Assembly: GCF_004010195.1 (NCBI RefSeq)
Contig: NC_057718.1
Location: 88,331,355 to 88,395,354, forward strand
Direction of reading: 5' to 3'
Origin: Chiloscyllium plagiosum
Lineage: Eukaryota
Length of the DNA: 64,000 nucleotides
The notes under the pieces are model-generated. The model ran no database searches. It saw only the letters and a list, made by a program, of their open reading frames with translations, and was not told where the DNA came from. Positions 1 to 12,540 of the stretch are shown piece after piece. Numbering within the stretch: position 1 is the stretch's first letter; each line of letters begins with the position of its first letter. The position numbers were made by a program, and so were the translations under genes.

Positions 1-200
1 TCTCTCGCGCACTCTCTCTCGCGCACTCTCTCTCGCGCACTCTCTCTCGCGCACTCTCTCTCGAGCACTCTCTCTGTGGCACACTCTCTCACTCTCTCGC
101 TCACTCTCGCGCACACTCTCTCGCACTCTCTCTCGCACTCTCTCTCGCACTCTCTCTCGCACTCTCTCTCTCGCTCTCTCTCTCGCTCTCTCTCTCTCTC
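1..200. repeat. Compound microsatellite (TCTCTCTCGCGCAC)n grading into (TC)n
   Basis: Directly visible tandem repeat at the window start. Confidence 0.95.
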
Positions 201-240
201 ACCTGTTGGACTAAAACCTCATGTTGTGTGATTTTTATCT
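201..240 (+). mobile_element. Fragment of Penelope-like family B terminal repeat
   Basis: acctgttggactaaaacctcatgttgtgtgattttta matches copies at 31741-31780 and 29322-29360. Confidence 0.6.
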
Positions 241-1706
241 TCAGAGGAGCGCAGGTATTTACCAGAATGTTGAGGCATGGAGGGATGTGTAATCTAAACT
301 GACCTTATAAAGTAGAGTCATAGTCAAACTAGGAGTAAACATAGATCACCAAGCACAGGTACACAGGGCTGGATGCAAGTTGCAATGAGTTTTGAATGCA
401 GTTAATGTTATAGAGGGTGCAAAATTATACACTGACCTTGAGAATATTGAAATGTGAAGAAAAACAGGATTGAGGGTTTTCGTAGCAGAAGGACTGAGGT
501 GGGGCAAAGATGGTAGATGTCATGCAGAAATAAACTGTCTGTTTTCCTAGCAATCTGCCCAGGTGTTACTCACTGCTTGAGAGTTGGCAATTTTGATACA
601 AGATCGTTCACGTGATCAAATTGTGACAGAAATTTATGTGTGAGACCTGCATGATGTAACTAGCATAATATATATAAACCTTTTTGATACATGATGGACC
701 TTGTTATGGTCTTATTGAATATTGAATAAACACTGGTATGTGCTAGCTATTACTCCATAGATTGAGAGTGTGATAAGTGACATTCATAGAAATTAACTTT
801 CTGTGGACCTCCCTTAACCTTCCCTTGCTGTAAAGGAGGGTGATCTTAATTTCTCTCATTTTTCTATGCATACATTGTACTTATTGCTTTTCTTTAGTGA
901 AGGTAAAGAAATTTGGTATTTAATGTTTTAAGGAAGCTAATGATCTGTTGTAAATTGTTTGGCACATAAAATCTTCAATCTCTGCAAGTGACCGTATCCT
1001 CTGACTTGAGTTCAAAACAATAGAGAGCATTTTAAATGAATTATGCTTTTCATTTTTAGCTAAAACTGGGGTTCCTGTTAAAACAAAACAATTACAATGA
1101 AATATTGTAAATGACTTTCCTTTATCTAATCAGGATATAGATTTGTATATGCTGATCCTAACTAATGTTTAGCAGTTCTCCTCATCATCATGCTAAAGAA
1201 TCTGAATTTGTGCATTATGAAATCCATTGTGAATCCATGGAGCTAACTTTGACCAAAGGAAGCATTGAGTTTTTCTCCAGGTTCTTTGTTCACAATCTAG
1301 TCCATTCAGCTTCTCCCTCAAGTATTCTGACCAGCCCACCCAAGTTTATTATCCAACTGCATTTGAATCACCTGACCCTCTTTGACTTCACTCCATCATT
1401 AATAGTTGTTACCAATGTTTCTCAGAGCAGAATTTCATAATGTCCTGAATAATGTGGGCTATTGTGAAATCTGCAAGAATTCTATGAGAAATCCAGCAAG
1501 ACCTTACTCTGCCTCTGAAACAACAAGCTGCATTTTCCAGCAGAGTTCTGGATATCAAGACAAGATTCTCACTCATGAGCAGCGAGATGTCTATTGGCAA
1601 GTATTATTGCTTGTTATCGCCTTCATTAGCACTGAATCTTCCCTGTAGGTTTCTATTCTACCATGTGTCAGGTAGAAACTACATGCTGAGAATTCCTGAT
1701 ACTATT

Positions 1707-2029
1707 GGGCGGCACGGTGGCACAGTGATTAGCACTGCTGCCTCACAGCGCCAGAGACCCGGGTTCAATTCCCGCCTCAGGCGACTCTCTGTGTGGAGTT
1801 TGCACGTGCTCCCGTGTCTGCGTGGGTTTCCACCGGGTGCTCCGGTTTCCTCCCACAGTCACAAAGATGTGCAGGTTAGGTGAATTGACCATGCTAAATT
1901 GCCCGTAGTGTTAGGTTAGGGGTAAATGTCGGGGTATGGGTATGGGTGGGTTGCGCTTAGGTGGGTCAGTGTGGACTTGTTGGGCCGAAGGGCCTGTTTC
2001 CACACTGTAATGTAATCTAATCTAATCTA
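1707..2029 (+). mobile_element. HE1-type tRNA-derived SINE, full length
   Basis: tRNA-like head with A box (tggcacagtga) and B box (ggttcaattcc), CR1-like 3' end and (AATCT)n tail; near-identical to copies at 21682, 22286 and 37516. Confidence 0.9.
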
Positions 2030-2048
2030 CTGGACCAATATCTTGGAT

Positions 2049-2278
2049 ATCCTAAAGGGGCAACTTTTTCATGCAGAGGGTGGTACATGTGTGGAGTGGG
2101 CTGCCAGAGGAAGTGTGGAGGCTAGTACAATTGCAACATTTAAAAGACATATGGATTGGTTTTGGGGGAAATGGGCCGGGTACTGGCAGGTGGAACTAGA
2201 TTGGGTTGGGATATCTGGTCAGTCTGGATGAGTTGGATCGAAGGGTCAGTTTCTGTGCTGTATATCTCTATGACTCTG
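2049..2278 (+). mobile_element. CR1/HER1 LINE 3' fragment
   Basis: ORF2 C-terminus (VEASTIATFKRHMD) followed by the 3' UTR ending ctctatgactct. Confidence 0.85.
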
Positions 2279-3334
2279 TAACATTACCAACATTTTGGGC
2301 ATAATCTAGGGCAACAGTCACATGCTTTACACATCCACATCCCATGGCATTAGATAATGCTAGCCTGTCTGCACTATCGTGGCACATCTCCAGTCCCTTT
2401 AAAATCTGTTTCTGCACACTTTGAAGCTGATAGCAACTCTCATTGCAGTACTGCTGCAAGGACACCTTGTGCCTACTTGAATGCATTTCTGCATTGCCTT
2501 TAATGCAGACACAAACCCAGCAATTCGCCATGCTTGTCAGTGCTAATCAATTGACATGAACATGTTGCTGCATCTCACCACACTACATTAACATCATATC
2601 AGCCAACAGCTTCATGGTAACTGCTTCAACCAAATGGCCATGTCTTAAAGTTGGAGTGGCGACAGCCTCCTATTGGGATATCATTGCACAGTAACTCAAG
2701 GGCAACCTTTGATATTAATCAACGGGGTTGGGTCTAGTCAGGACCCTCTAGGTGTAGGGGGTGAGGAGCTGAAAGTTATTCACTAGCATCACTTGTAGTG
2801 GTTTTTTCTCTCTTATGGATTGTTTTCTTCTGGATGTGAGAGAGAGAGAGAGATCAAATGAGATGCAAGTGGCTGGCTACTACGATTGGGGGAAAGATGT
2901 AAAATGAATCTGGGGATTTATTGGGAGTATATTATTGAATATCATTGCAAGGTGGTTAGATTTATCTGAATGGGAGCACTATTCATTTTCAGGTCTTTGC
3001 TTATATTTCTCAAGTGAAACCTTTGTCCTCATCCTGTTTTACCTATAATCCTAGGTAAATCATATAATCATAGCTTCAACTGTCCAATCCCCAAGCTCTG
3101 AAATCCACTCCCTAAATCTCCCTAACTCTGAGACCTCCTTTAAAAATGCTTTTAAAAATGCTTGTTTTTCAAAGCTTTTGATCACCTGTAATAATATTAT
3201 CTAATAGGTATTAGCACCAAGTGGTATCTGATAATATTCCAGTGAAGTATCTTGGGACCTATTATTCTGTTAAAGGTGCTATATAAATATAACCTGCTGC
3301 TGTGGTTCTGTTCGCCGAGCTGGAAGTTTTTGTT

Positions 3335-3374
3335 GCAAACGTTTCGTCCCCTGTCTAGGTGACATCCTCAGTGC
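3335..3374 (-). ncRNA. Minimal type I hammerhead ribozyme (family C, left arm)
   Basis: Reverse complement of 3462-3501 with the core intact. Confidence 0.75.
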
Positions 3375-3461
3375 TTGGGAGCCTCCTGTGAAGCGCTTCT
3401 GTGGTGTTTCCTCCGGCATTTACAGGAAACATGACAGAAGCGCTTCACAGGAGGCTCCCAA

Positions 3462-3501
3462 GCACTGAGGATGTCACCTAGACAGGAGACGAAACGTTTG
3501 C
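3462..3501 (+). ncRNA. Minimal type I hammerhead ribozyme (family C, right arm)
   Basis: gca-CUGAGGA-u-[GUCaCCU agac AGGaGAC]-GAAA-CG-UU^ugc; stem I gca/ugc; palindromic ACGU stem III. Confidence 0.78.
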
Positions 3502-4069
3502 AACAAAAACTTCCAGCTCGGCGAACAGAACCACAGCAATGAGCACCCGAGCTACAAATCTTCTCACAAACTTTGAATAAATATAACCTTTTGCTTTTGT
3601 TCTGTGCACTTCAATTTGTGTATATTGCTACTGGTAAGAGCAGAAACACAACTTGGGATGCTAACCAATCCATTAGAATGTCCCAGTATAATTTTTAGAC
3701 CTGTGCTGCCCTACTGCTCTAGATATACATTAGCAACGTTTTCAAACTGGGCTGTCTACTTTGTCTGGACATTGAAAACTTATTGATATTCTGAAGTCAC
3801 CCTGTGCTAATTCTGTTCTTTTAATTGCTTTGGTAGTTGTTCATTCCTTCTCCCAATGTGTCCCAATTAGCATGTCAGGATTGGATTTAATTCTTTTTCA
3901 GGTAACTGAACACAATTCCTTTCCCAAATTGTGACTGCAACCACTATGCTATGGCACTCTGTTTTAGTGTTTGTTGGCCTTTGGCTTCCTTCTCTCAGTT
4001 GCATGTGTCTTTGACAAAAACAATCCCATACATTGATACAGTACTTCCTTGGTCTGATTTGTAGAGGAT

Positions 4070-4295
4070 TTCATGGCATCATTTGAAAAAGAGCAGGGGC
4101 ACGCTTCTTAAAGTCCTTGATAATACTTATCCCTCAAACAATACTTCAAACAAAACCGGTGTTCTGGTCATTATCATATTTTCTGTTTGTGAGGCTTCCC
4201 TGCATTACAGCAGTGACTTCACTCAAAGTACTTCATTTTGCATTGGGATATCCTGAGGTTGTGGATTATACTACGAAGACTCAAATATTTCTTCT
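4070..4295 (+). mobile_element. Decayed DeuSINE/SacSINE1-like SINE (Deu domain plus L2-like tail)
   Basis: catggca..tttgaaaaagagcagggg..tatccctcaa..ctggtcattatca..tgtttgtg..cattacagcagtgact resembles the Deu domain as I recall it; related copies at 8735, 24080, 52905 and 62170. Confidence 0.6.
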
Positions 4296-4759
4296 TCTAA
4301 AACAAAGACACAAAAGTTAGTGGAGAAAGTGATTGATGATTATTCTGCCAGCTGCACCTTACCATTGCTATTACATTGGTGAATCCATGTAACTTGTAGT
4401 CTTAGTGTCACTGCATGAGATATACATTCTACTTTTGTCTACTGCTGTCATACTTTTCCAAAGTACATATAAACACTAATTTATGTAATCTATACATTAC
4501 CATTTGTATCTAGAGATTCTGATTGACTAACCTGTACAATTTGAAGTTTGAGATCTGGTTGTCAGAGTTGTATCCATTTAGCTGTGACATGCTGATGTAA
4601 AGTTGGTTTGTTTTCAAAAGGGACAAAACAAATGGACCAACTTGAACATTGTTGGTGCAATGTAGAGTGGACCATGAAAGGCTTGGTGATAATTTAAACC
4701 TGTTAATGAGACAAATGTTTGTGATAACATTTGAGTGGAAACTGGTGGACCATAATTCA

Positions 4760-5131
4760 TAAGCTGGGCTATTTTCCCTGGAGCATCAGAGGCTGAGGGT
4801 TGACCTTAGAGGTGTATAAAATCATGTGGATCATGGCTAGGGTGGATAGCCAAGGTCTTTTCCTCAGGGTAGTGGAGTCCAAAACTAGCCTGCATAGGTT
4901 TACTGTGAGAGGGGAAAGATTTAAAGGGGCCCGAAGGGACAACATTTGATGAACGCTGGTACAATTACGACATTTAAAAGGCACCTGGATGGATATATGA
5001 ATAGGAAGGGTTTAGCGGAATATGGGCCAAATGCTAGCAAGTAAGACTAGATTATTTAGGATACCTGATAAGGGGTATCATGGACGAGTTGGACTGAAGG
5101 GTCTGTTTCCAAGCTGTACATCCCTATGACT
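4760..5131 (+). mobile_element. CR1/HER1 LINE 3' fragment
   Basis: LGLFSLE..RLRxDL motif region and CR1 3' UTR. Confidence 0.85.
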
Positions 5132-5479
5132 ATCTTGTATGTGGCTCAAGATAAGTGATAAGATAACAATTCATCATTCCCAGATTTATTTGATGTTGGA
5201 GTTGATTTTACCATTGCTGCGACGTTAACAAATTGTACCTTGGCAAATGTAGACTTAAAGTATATGCCACTGAGGAATGAAGATGATTATTGTAGAAGAA
5301 TTCTGGAGTTTGGTTAAATTATTTGTTCTGAACTAAATAGTGGAGTCCCTTGACAGACATTGTACATTGTTTACACAACCTTAAAGCTTGCTTAGTTTTT
5401 CAAAGGAATTGGAAAAGGTCAAATTAAACATTTTCAGTAAGCTTTCAAAGTAGCATGCAGTTAGATAGTCAGCTGAATT

Positions 5480-5557
5480 TGTGTGTGTGTGTGTGTTGTG
5501 TGTGTTGTGTGTGTTGTGTGTGTTGTGTGTGTTGTGTGTGTACGTGTACACGCGCGC
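5480..5557. repeat. (TG)n / (TGTGTGT)n microsatellite
   Basis: Directly visible. Confidence 0.95.
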
Positions 5558-6659
5558 ATACTAATAATTTAAAACAAACATCTCTTGTAAACTAAACTTC
5601 ATTTAAATTCAGGGAATTGTACTCGATAAGATATTATCATTCATTTTAAAGGAATATTGCTTGTTCCTTTATAAAGTCCTAACTTTCAGTGTTGTTCTCT
5701 GGTTTACAATGCACAAGAATAATTTATTTACGTATAGACCATATTCTGATAGAGATCCAAAACACTGTTAGGAATTGGAAAGTTAGAATTGGCCTTCAGC
5801 TAAATGAAAGTTGAGTTGAATGCTGATCAACTGATTCCTCATCATAGTTCATGCCCCTAAGAATCCAGTTCTGAGAGTGTTATACTGCGTTTGGGAAAGG
5901 GAAAAGGAACTGTTGCTTAATACATATAATAACAAGTCTGTTTAGCTGGTAACAGTTTTTAGCTTGTGCCAATCTATTGTGGTGGTAATAGCCAAATATA
6001 GGGAAAGGAGAACAGAATTTCTCCGGCAGTTTGATCACTGACCACGTTTGGCTTTAACAGACACCGTAAATTCACCATGGTTTGTAATGCAAACATATAA
6101 AGCCTTTTAACTTGTTCAGTGTGAAGCTATAACTTGGAATGGTTACCTTTCAAAACCAGAAGAGTTCAATGTGGGTGAGAAGTAATCAGTTTTCTTTATG
6201 CATTCAAGACAATTAATGTACAGAAGGAGGAATGTTTAAGGCGTTTCTGGTCATTCTGAACACATGACTCCGGATGGAATCAAACAGTTGGGAGTCATTG
6301 GATTAATTCATAATTGGGATGTTTCAAATTGATTTGTGTTCGTGTGGATGAATGTTTATGGGTGAAGAATGTGAACCATTGAGAGCTCTGAAAGCTGGTG
6401 GTAGAAAAAGGGGAAATTTAGAGGATTAGTGGGTGAAGAGGGAATTAAGGAATTTAACTAATAGTCATGAGCCAAAACAAATGTTTCCTTCATTTCAGAT
6501 TTAATGAAAAACATCTGTATGCAAATATTATCCAATGGTGCACAAAATAAACTTCCTAATTCTAATAGCAACATCAATGAGCATCTCTAGGGTTAACTAG
6601 ATAACACAAAGCACTTAATGACACTGGACAAGCAATGCTTTCTTCTCTCTAAGTGACAG

Positions 6660-6960
6660 TTTGACTCTTTGATGGCACTGTCCCCTTCATGTTATAATGT
6701 TAGACTCAAGTCCCACTACCAAGGTTTGAAAATATAATCCAGGCTGACATTTCAATACAATGCAGAGAGTGCTTATTGAATTTTGACGTTCAGATGACAA
6801 GTTAAACTGAGACCTAATCAGCCCTTCATGGACATAAAGTCGCTATTACTGGCAAAATTCAATTAGAAATATGCCAGTACTTTATGCACAGTGCAATCCT
6901 CCAAATAACAATGTGATTAAAGACTACATCATCTGTGTTGGTTAAAGGCAAGGCACAAGA
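6660..6960 (+). mobile_element. Decayed DeuSINE/SacSINE1-like SINE, 5' part
   Basis: tcaagtcccact..ataatccaggctgaca..agatga..gttaaactgagac motif shared with other copies. Confidence 0.5.
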
Positions 6961-8254
6961 TAACACTTTTTCTTTCCCCCCACAGGGCTACTTTTGAGAT
7001 TTTCTTAGCTACGTTTTGGTTTTCAGAGGCTCCTTTTTCATTCTAACTAACTCCTTTATTAGGTGATGCAGCTACATAGTGGCCCATTTTTGATGGATAT
7101 GGGATATTTAGATTTACACAAAAGCAGAAATAGAATTCATTAATATTCTCAATTATTAACTATCATTCAAATTAAATCTACAACATGCAAGAGAGAATTC
7201 ATTTCCTCAATACCAAAGTATATAAATTGGTACAATGCAGCAGGCTTAGATTGACACCAAAACCTTTTCTAAACTAACTGACACTTGTGTCCACATACAA
7301 AAAGTCTTGACCCTAAACACAACCTTACCACACCACACCACATCGCACCTCACCCCGAACAAAAATCTGGCAAGAGTTCTTACTGGAGTTTGAGTGACGA
7401 AGTGGTTTTATTGCCTGTCAAAGCAGTGCGGAGAATTGCCGGCTTAAACCACTGGCTAGTCCTTGACTACAGTTATGTCTAGCATTTGAAGAGTTAAGTT
7501 TAACATAAACCTAGCCAAGCAACTCCCACACAGTCTGACCTTTTTTTGACAATATGAGGTTACTTCTCTTGGTGTCTGCAGTACAAGGCAGTGAGTAATC
7601 TTTTCTCCAGGAAGTAAGAAAAGGCTCATGCTGAGGTATTCTATTCTGCTCTGGGTGTCTATCTTGGAAGTGGATCGTGTACAGTTTCTGTACCTCATTA
7701 GAATCTCTAGTTTGCGTGGACAAAGTTTGTAGCGGCAACTAAATTTTTATGTTGTAATCCACCAAAGCCTCATTAAGTAGGCAATAAAGCTTGCTTAAGC
7801 AATCTGTCCGATACTTTACTAATTATGTGGCCTTTTTACTTGTATCCTGTATTCCCATTAATGATCAAAATATAATGAACTGCAGATGGTATTGAACCAG
7901 TGCCCTGTTTCAGTCTGAATCTCTGAGCATAATAGACACAGTACCCTTCATGAGGTGACAGAGGAATTATCAAGGAAAAAAGCATGTCTTTGACTTGTGG
8001 TGCCCTATTGTTTTATTTTTTTTCTGTTCGGTATTTTTCTTCTTGACAATTGCTGCAAAGATATTTCTGTGAATGGTAACCACCTTTTTTGTTTCTTTCT
8101 ACCAATATCATGTACAAAATGTTACCCGTGGCTGAGTTGGTGGAACACAGTGCTAGAAAATGGTTATAAAGTCCTAACTGATGGTCAGTACTGCATTTGA
8201 AAAGGAGTGCTGAACTGTCAGGAGTATCATCTTCAAGATGAGCTGTTCTATTTT

Positions 8255-8720
8255 CACTCGTGGGACATGGGGATCACTGGCTGGATTTCTCACCCCTAAT
8301 GGTCTTTAAGAAGGTGATAGTGAGCTGCCTTCTTGAACCGTTGCAGTCAATGTGCTGGAGGTAGATCCACGATGCCGAGAGGCAGGGACTTCTAGGATTT
8401 TGACCCATTGATACTGAAGGAACAGAAGTAGATTTCCAAATTGGTGGTGAATTCCTTGGAGGGGAACTCTCAGGTGGTACCGTTCCCATGTATCTGCTAC
8501 CCTTGTCTTTCTAGTTGGAAGTGGTTGTGTGTTTGAAAGATGCTGCCTAAGGAGCCTTGGTGAATTACTGCAGTGCATCTTGTATATGATACACACTGCT
8601 GCTACTGAGCATTGGTAGTAGAGAGAGTGAATGCTTGTGGATGGCAATCAGGTGGACTGCTTTATCCTGGATGATGTCAAAGTTCTTAAGTGTTGTAGGA
8701 CCTGCAGTTATCCAGGCAAA
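8255..8720 (-). mobile_element. 3' fragment of the second CR1/L2-group LINE family (same family as 59515-60490)
   Basis: ORF 8306-8647 (SIHSLYYQCSVAAVCIIYKMHC) matches ORF 59997-60488. Confidence 0.8.
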
Positions 8721-8734
8721 CATGTTGAAACAAG

Positions 8735-8962
8735 GTTAAGCCTGTCCCATCAGGTGGGCATAAAATATCCCAGGACAGTTATCGCAAAAGGGAGCAGGTG
8801 AATATTCCTGTTGTCCTTGTCAATATTTATTCCGAGAACTAATTATCTGATATTGTTCACATAAGTGTATGGAAGAGCTGTGCTTGTGAACCACAGAAAT
8901 TTTGCTGTGCCATTGAGATGTCTAGAAATTGTGAAGAGTGCTATATATGGAGCTCTTCTTTC
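8735..8962 (+). mobile_element. Decayed DeuSINE/SacSINE1-like SINE
   Basis: caggtgggcataaaatatccca..gagcagg..gtccttgtcaatatttat..gtgctatata, similar to the 4070 copy. Confidence 0.55.
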
Positions 8963-10509
8963 GATTTAAAATTTTTATTAATTTTTCCATGGTTTATCAT
9001 ACAGAGTTCCATGTTTAGAGCATCTGTGGTTAGCTCAATGGAATTGTTTGGAGAAACCAAAACAAACCAAAATCCCAGGTGGGTTTTTGAATCAAAACTA
9101 CACTTAAAATTCCACACTTAATTTTTTATGTCGCACCTCATGATGTATTTTGAAATGGGAGGGGTATTTAATTGGCCAACGTGGTAGGTTGCCTTGACCC
9201 CTCTGTACCAGAATTAACTTGAGGCACGAAAGACCATAGTTGGACTTCCTGTCCTGTCACCAATTGAGGCTTCAAATAGACAATGCCCACTTGGGGGGTC
9301 TCACTGACCAGTCAGTGCAGCCTACCTGTGCTGTTGCAGAGAGCAGGGCTGGGGCCCCTTGTTCAAATGCCTGATTGAGGAACAGGACATAAGGAAGAGT
9401 GGGAGAGTTGCTGAGAGCCATCCTTGCCATAGAGACCTATTCCCCACGTGCTCATAACTCTTCACGCGACAGATATCCAACAAAACCCCTTCTGTCATAA
9501 CTCACCAGTGGGCTAAGTTGCTCCTCAATCCTGGGCCTCAGCCACAGTCAAAACCTGTCGAGTGGCACTGTAGTTCAAAAGAACTGCCAGCCTCTGGGCC
9601 AGGTGCTCTCAGTTAGCAGAATTTTCTCCCTGGGATATTTGATCCATGGAAAAGCCTGCTACTGGCTAGAGTGATGCTTAATATTGCCAGGATTTCCCAG
9701 AGGTGGCAATGCTAGCTTTTTGCAAAGTCTCCATAAAATCAAAATCCGGATACTTTCTACCATAAAATCAGATTAGGCTGTCAATAAAAAATATTTTGGA
9801 TGTTTTGTTTACAAACATTGCTAAACTTGCTAAACATTGCAGATAGTTGATAGGTATCTTATTGTATTAGTGATGAGTCATATTTTGAATGGTATTTTTG
9901 AACTTGTATGTTAGTTAAGTCTTTACAGATTAATACTTTCTGGTGACAATGTCATGTATTCATAAATACTTTATGGCTTTGTGAAATGCTTTGGCTCATT
10001 AGGAAAAATGGTGGAGAGGTGACCAAAACTTTGGGCAAGGAGGAGGATTTTGAGGAGGGGCAAATGAGAGAATTCCAGATGTTGTAGCCTGACAGGTGAA
10101 GTCAGAGCCATTTTGCTAAAGTGACTAAAATTGGGGATATATAAGAGACTAATTAGAGGAGCACAAATGGGAGGTTACAAAGTTAAGGAATGGTGAGACC
10201 AATAAGAGAATTGGAAACAAGTTAGAATTTTAACATCAAGGTGCTGCTGGGCCAAGAGATAACGAGCTAATAATGGTCAGGAACACAAGTGGTGGGCATT
10301 TATATAAATACAAGTTTGTTCATTCTTATTACAAACAATTAATGTCTTGCTACCATCCATTTCATGATCTTCGCCAGTTATCTAACGTGATAACTGAAAT
10401 TCCTCATCCTTGGTATTTGGAGAGACGAGAGGAGCTGCAATAGTTGCCCGCCTGCAGAAATGTTTGCTGACGATGTAGTGGAGGTATTCAAAATCATCAG
10501 TAGTTGGAG

Positions 10510-12172
10510 GCAGAGTCGTAGACATTGTGTAAGTGGACTTTAGTAAAACCTTCAAAGTTCTGCATGGTAAACTGATAAATAAGGTTAATCACATGAGATC
10601 AAAGGAGAGCTAACCACTTGCATACTAAATTGGTTTGGTGCTAGGAAACAGAGGGTTGTGGTACAGGGTGGTTGTTCAGACTGGAGGCCTGTAAACAGCA
10701 GTGTGCTGCAAAGATTGGTGCTGGGTCCTCTCTTTATTTTATATAAAATAATGTCGATGAGGTTATCTGCAGCATGGTTAGTATGTTTGTGGATGACACC
10801 AAAATTATAGTGAACGGTGAAGAAGGTAAGAGTACAACAGGATTTGATCAACTGGGCCAGTGGGCCGAGGAATGACAGATGGGGTTTAATTCAGATAAAT
10901 GTGAGGTGTTGCGATTTGGTAAGACAAACCAGGACAGGACTTAGACAGTTAATGGTAGGGCCCTGTGGGATGTTGTCAGAAAGAAAGACCTTGGGGTGCA
11001 GGTACATAGTTCTTTGAAAGTGGCTTTATCAGTAGAAATGGTGATGAGCACGTTGTTTGGCACGCTTACCTTCATCATCGGAGCATAGGAGTTGAGTTGT
11101 CATTTTATGGCTGTACAAGACGTTGGTAAGGCCACATTTGGAGCATTCTGTTCAATTCTGGTCACCCTGTTATAGGGGAATATTACCAAGACTGGAGGGT
11201 TTGGATTATAAGGAGAGGCTGGATAGGCTGGGCTTCTTTCCCTGGAGCAGAGGAGGCTAAGTGCTGAGATATTTGTATCATTGATAGTCACAGGTGAGGT
11301 GCCAGAAGACTGGAGATTGGCTAATGTGGTGCTACTGTTTAAGAAGGGTGGTAAGGACAAGCCAGGGAACTGTAGACCAGTGAGCCTGATATCGGTGATG
11401 GGTAAGTTGTTGGAGGGAATCCTGAGGGACAGGATGTACACATATTTGGAAAGGCAAGGACTGATTGGCGATAGTCAACATGGCTTTGTGCATGCAAAAT
11501 TATAGTTCGTGAACTTGATTGAGTTTTTTGAAGAAGTAACAAAGAGGATTGATGAGGGCAGAGCGGTAGATGTGATCTATATGGCCTTCAATAAGGCATT
11601 CAACTTTCCCCATGGGAGACTGGTTAATAAGTTTAGATCTCACAGAATACAGAGAGAACTAGCCATTACGAAACAGAACTGGCTCAAAGGCAGAAGACAG
11701 AGGGTGGTGGTGGAGGGTTGTATTTCAGACTGGTTGACAATTTGAGCTACAGGGAGAGGCTGATCATGCTGAGGTTGTTTTCCCTGGAGTGTAGGAGGCT
11801 GAGGGGTGACCTTAGAGGTTTACAAAATTATGAGGGGCATAAATAGGATAAATAGACAAAGTCTTTTCCCTGGGGTGGGGGAGTCCAGAACTAGAGGGCA
11901 TAGGTTTGGGGTGAGAGGGGAAAGATATAAAAGGGACCTGAGGGGCAGCTTTTTTATGCGGAGGGTGGAATGTGTATGGAATGAAATGGTAGAGGAAGTG
12001 GTGGAGGCTGGTATAATTGCGACATTTAAAAGGCATTTGGATGGGTATATGAATAGGAAGGATATGGGCCACGTGCTGGCAGGTCGGACTAGATTGGGTT
12101 GGGATATCTGGTCGGCGTGGACAAGTTGGACCAAAGGGTCTGTTTCCATGCTGTACATCTCTATCACTCTAT
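10510..12172 (+). mobile_element. Composite CR1/HER1 LINE RT fragments in non-colinear order
   Basis: ORFs 11281-11505 (VPEDWRLANVVLLFKKG), 11509-11745 (NLIEFFEEVT) and 11806-12177; later RT motifs at 10510-11260 precede earlier ones. Confidence 0.88.
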
Positions 12173-12540
12173 GTTGACCTTTTAGAGATCAATGAAATAA
12201 TGACTGACAATGGGTAAGGTGAATAGCCAACATATTTTCCCACGGTATGGGAGTTCAAAAATCGAGGGCATACGTATAAGGTGAGGAAGGAAAAATTTAA
12301 AAGGAACCTAAGGGACAATTTTTCACCCTGTTTGGTGTGTTTATGGAACATGCTGTCAGAAAAAGTGGTAGACGCAAGTACAATTATAACATTGAAAAGA
12401 CATTTGGACAGGTACATGGATAGGGACGGTTTCGAGGGATGTGAGCCAAACTAGTTCAATGGGACTAGTTCAATTTAGGCTACCTCGTCGACATGGACGA
12501 GTTGGACCAAAGGGTCTGTTTCAGTGTTGTGAGACCCTAC
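12173..12540 (+). mobile_element. CR1 LINE 3' fragment, tandem to the previous copy
   Basis: Second ORF2 C-terminus plus 3' UTR (ggacgagttggaccaaagggtctgtttc). Confidence 0.8.

Larger units (their letters stand above)
3296..3576 (+). mobile_element. Penelope-like fold-back insertion, family C
   Basis: 115-bp inverted arms 3298-3412 and 3424-3538 (about 3 mismatches), 38-nt tail 3539-3576, 13-bp TSD ataaatataacct at 3283-3295 and 3577-3589. Confidence 0.85.

Noticed and set aside
1165..1648. Overlapping short ORFs as a gene
   Set aside because: No recognisable homology or splice structure; consistent with chance ORFs in intronic DNA.
1707..1790. tRNA gene (also at 21682, 22286, 34064, 37750 and 50239)
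   Set aside because: The A/B-box region continues into a SINE body and LINE-derived tail; these are HE1-type SINE heads.
9160..9780. Old non-autonomous DNA-transposon-like relic (similar motifs near 15960-16850, 52250-52470 and 57915-59000)
   Set aside because: Shared motifs such as caattgaggc suggest a repeat family, but I could not define termini, TIRs or TSDs.
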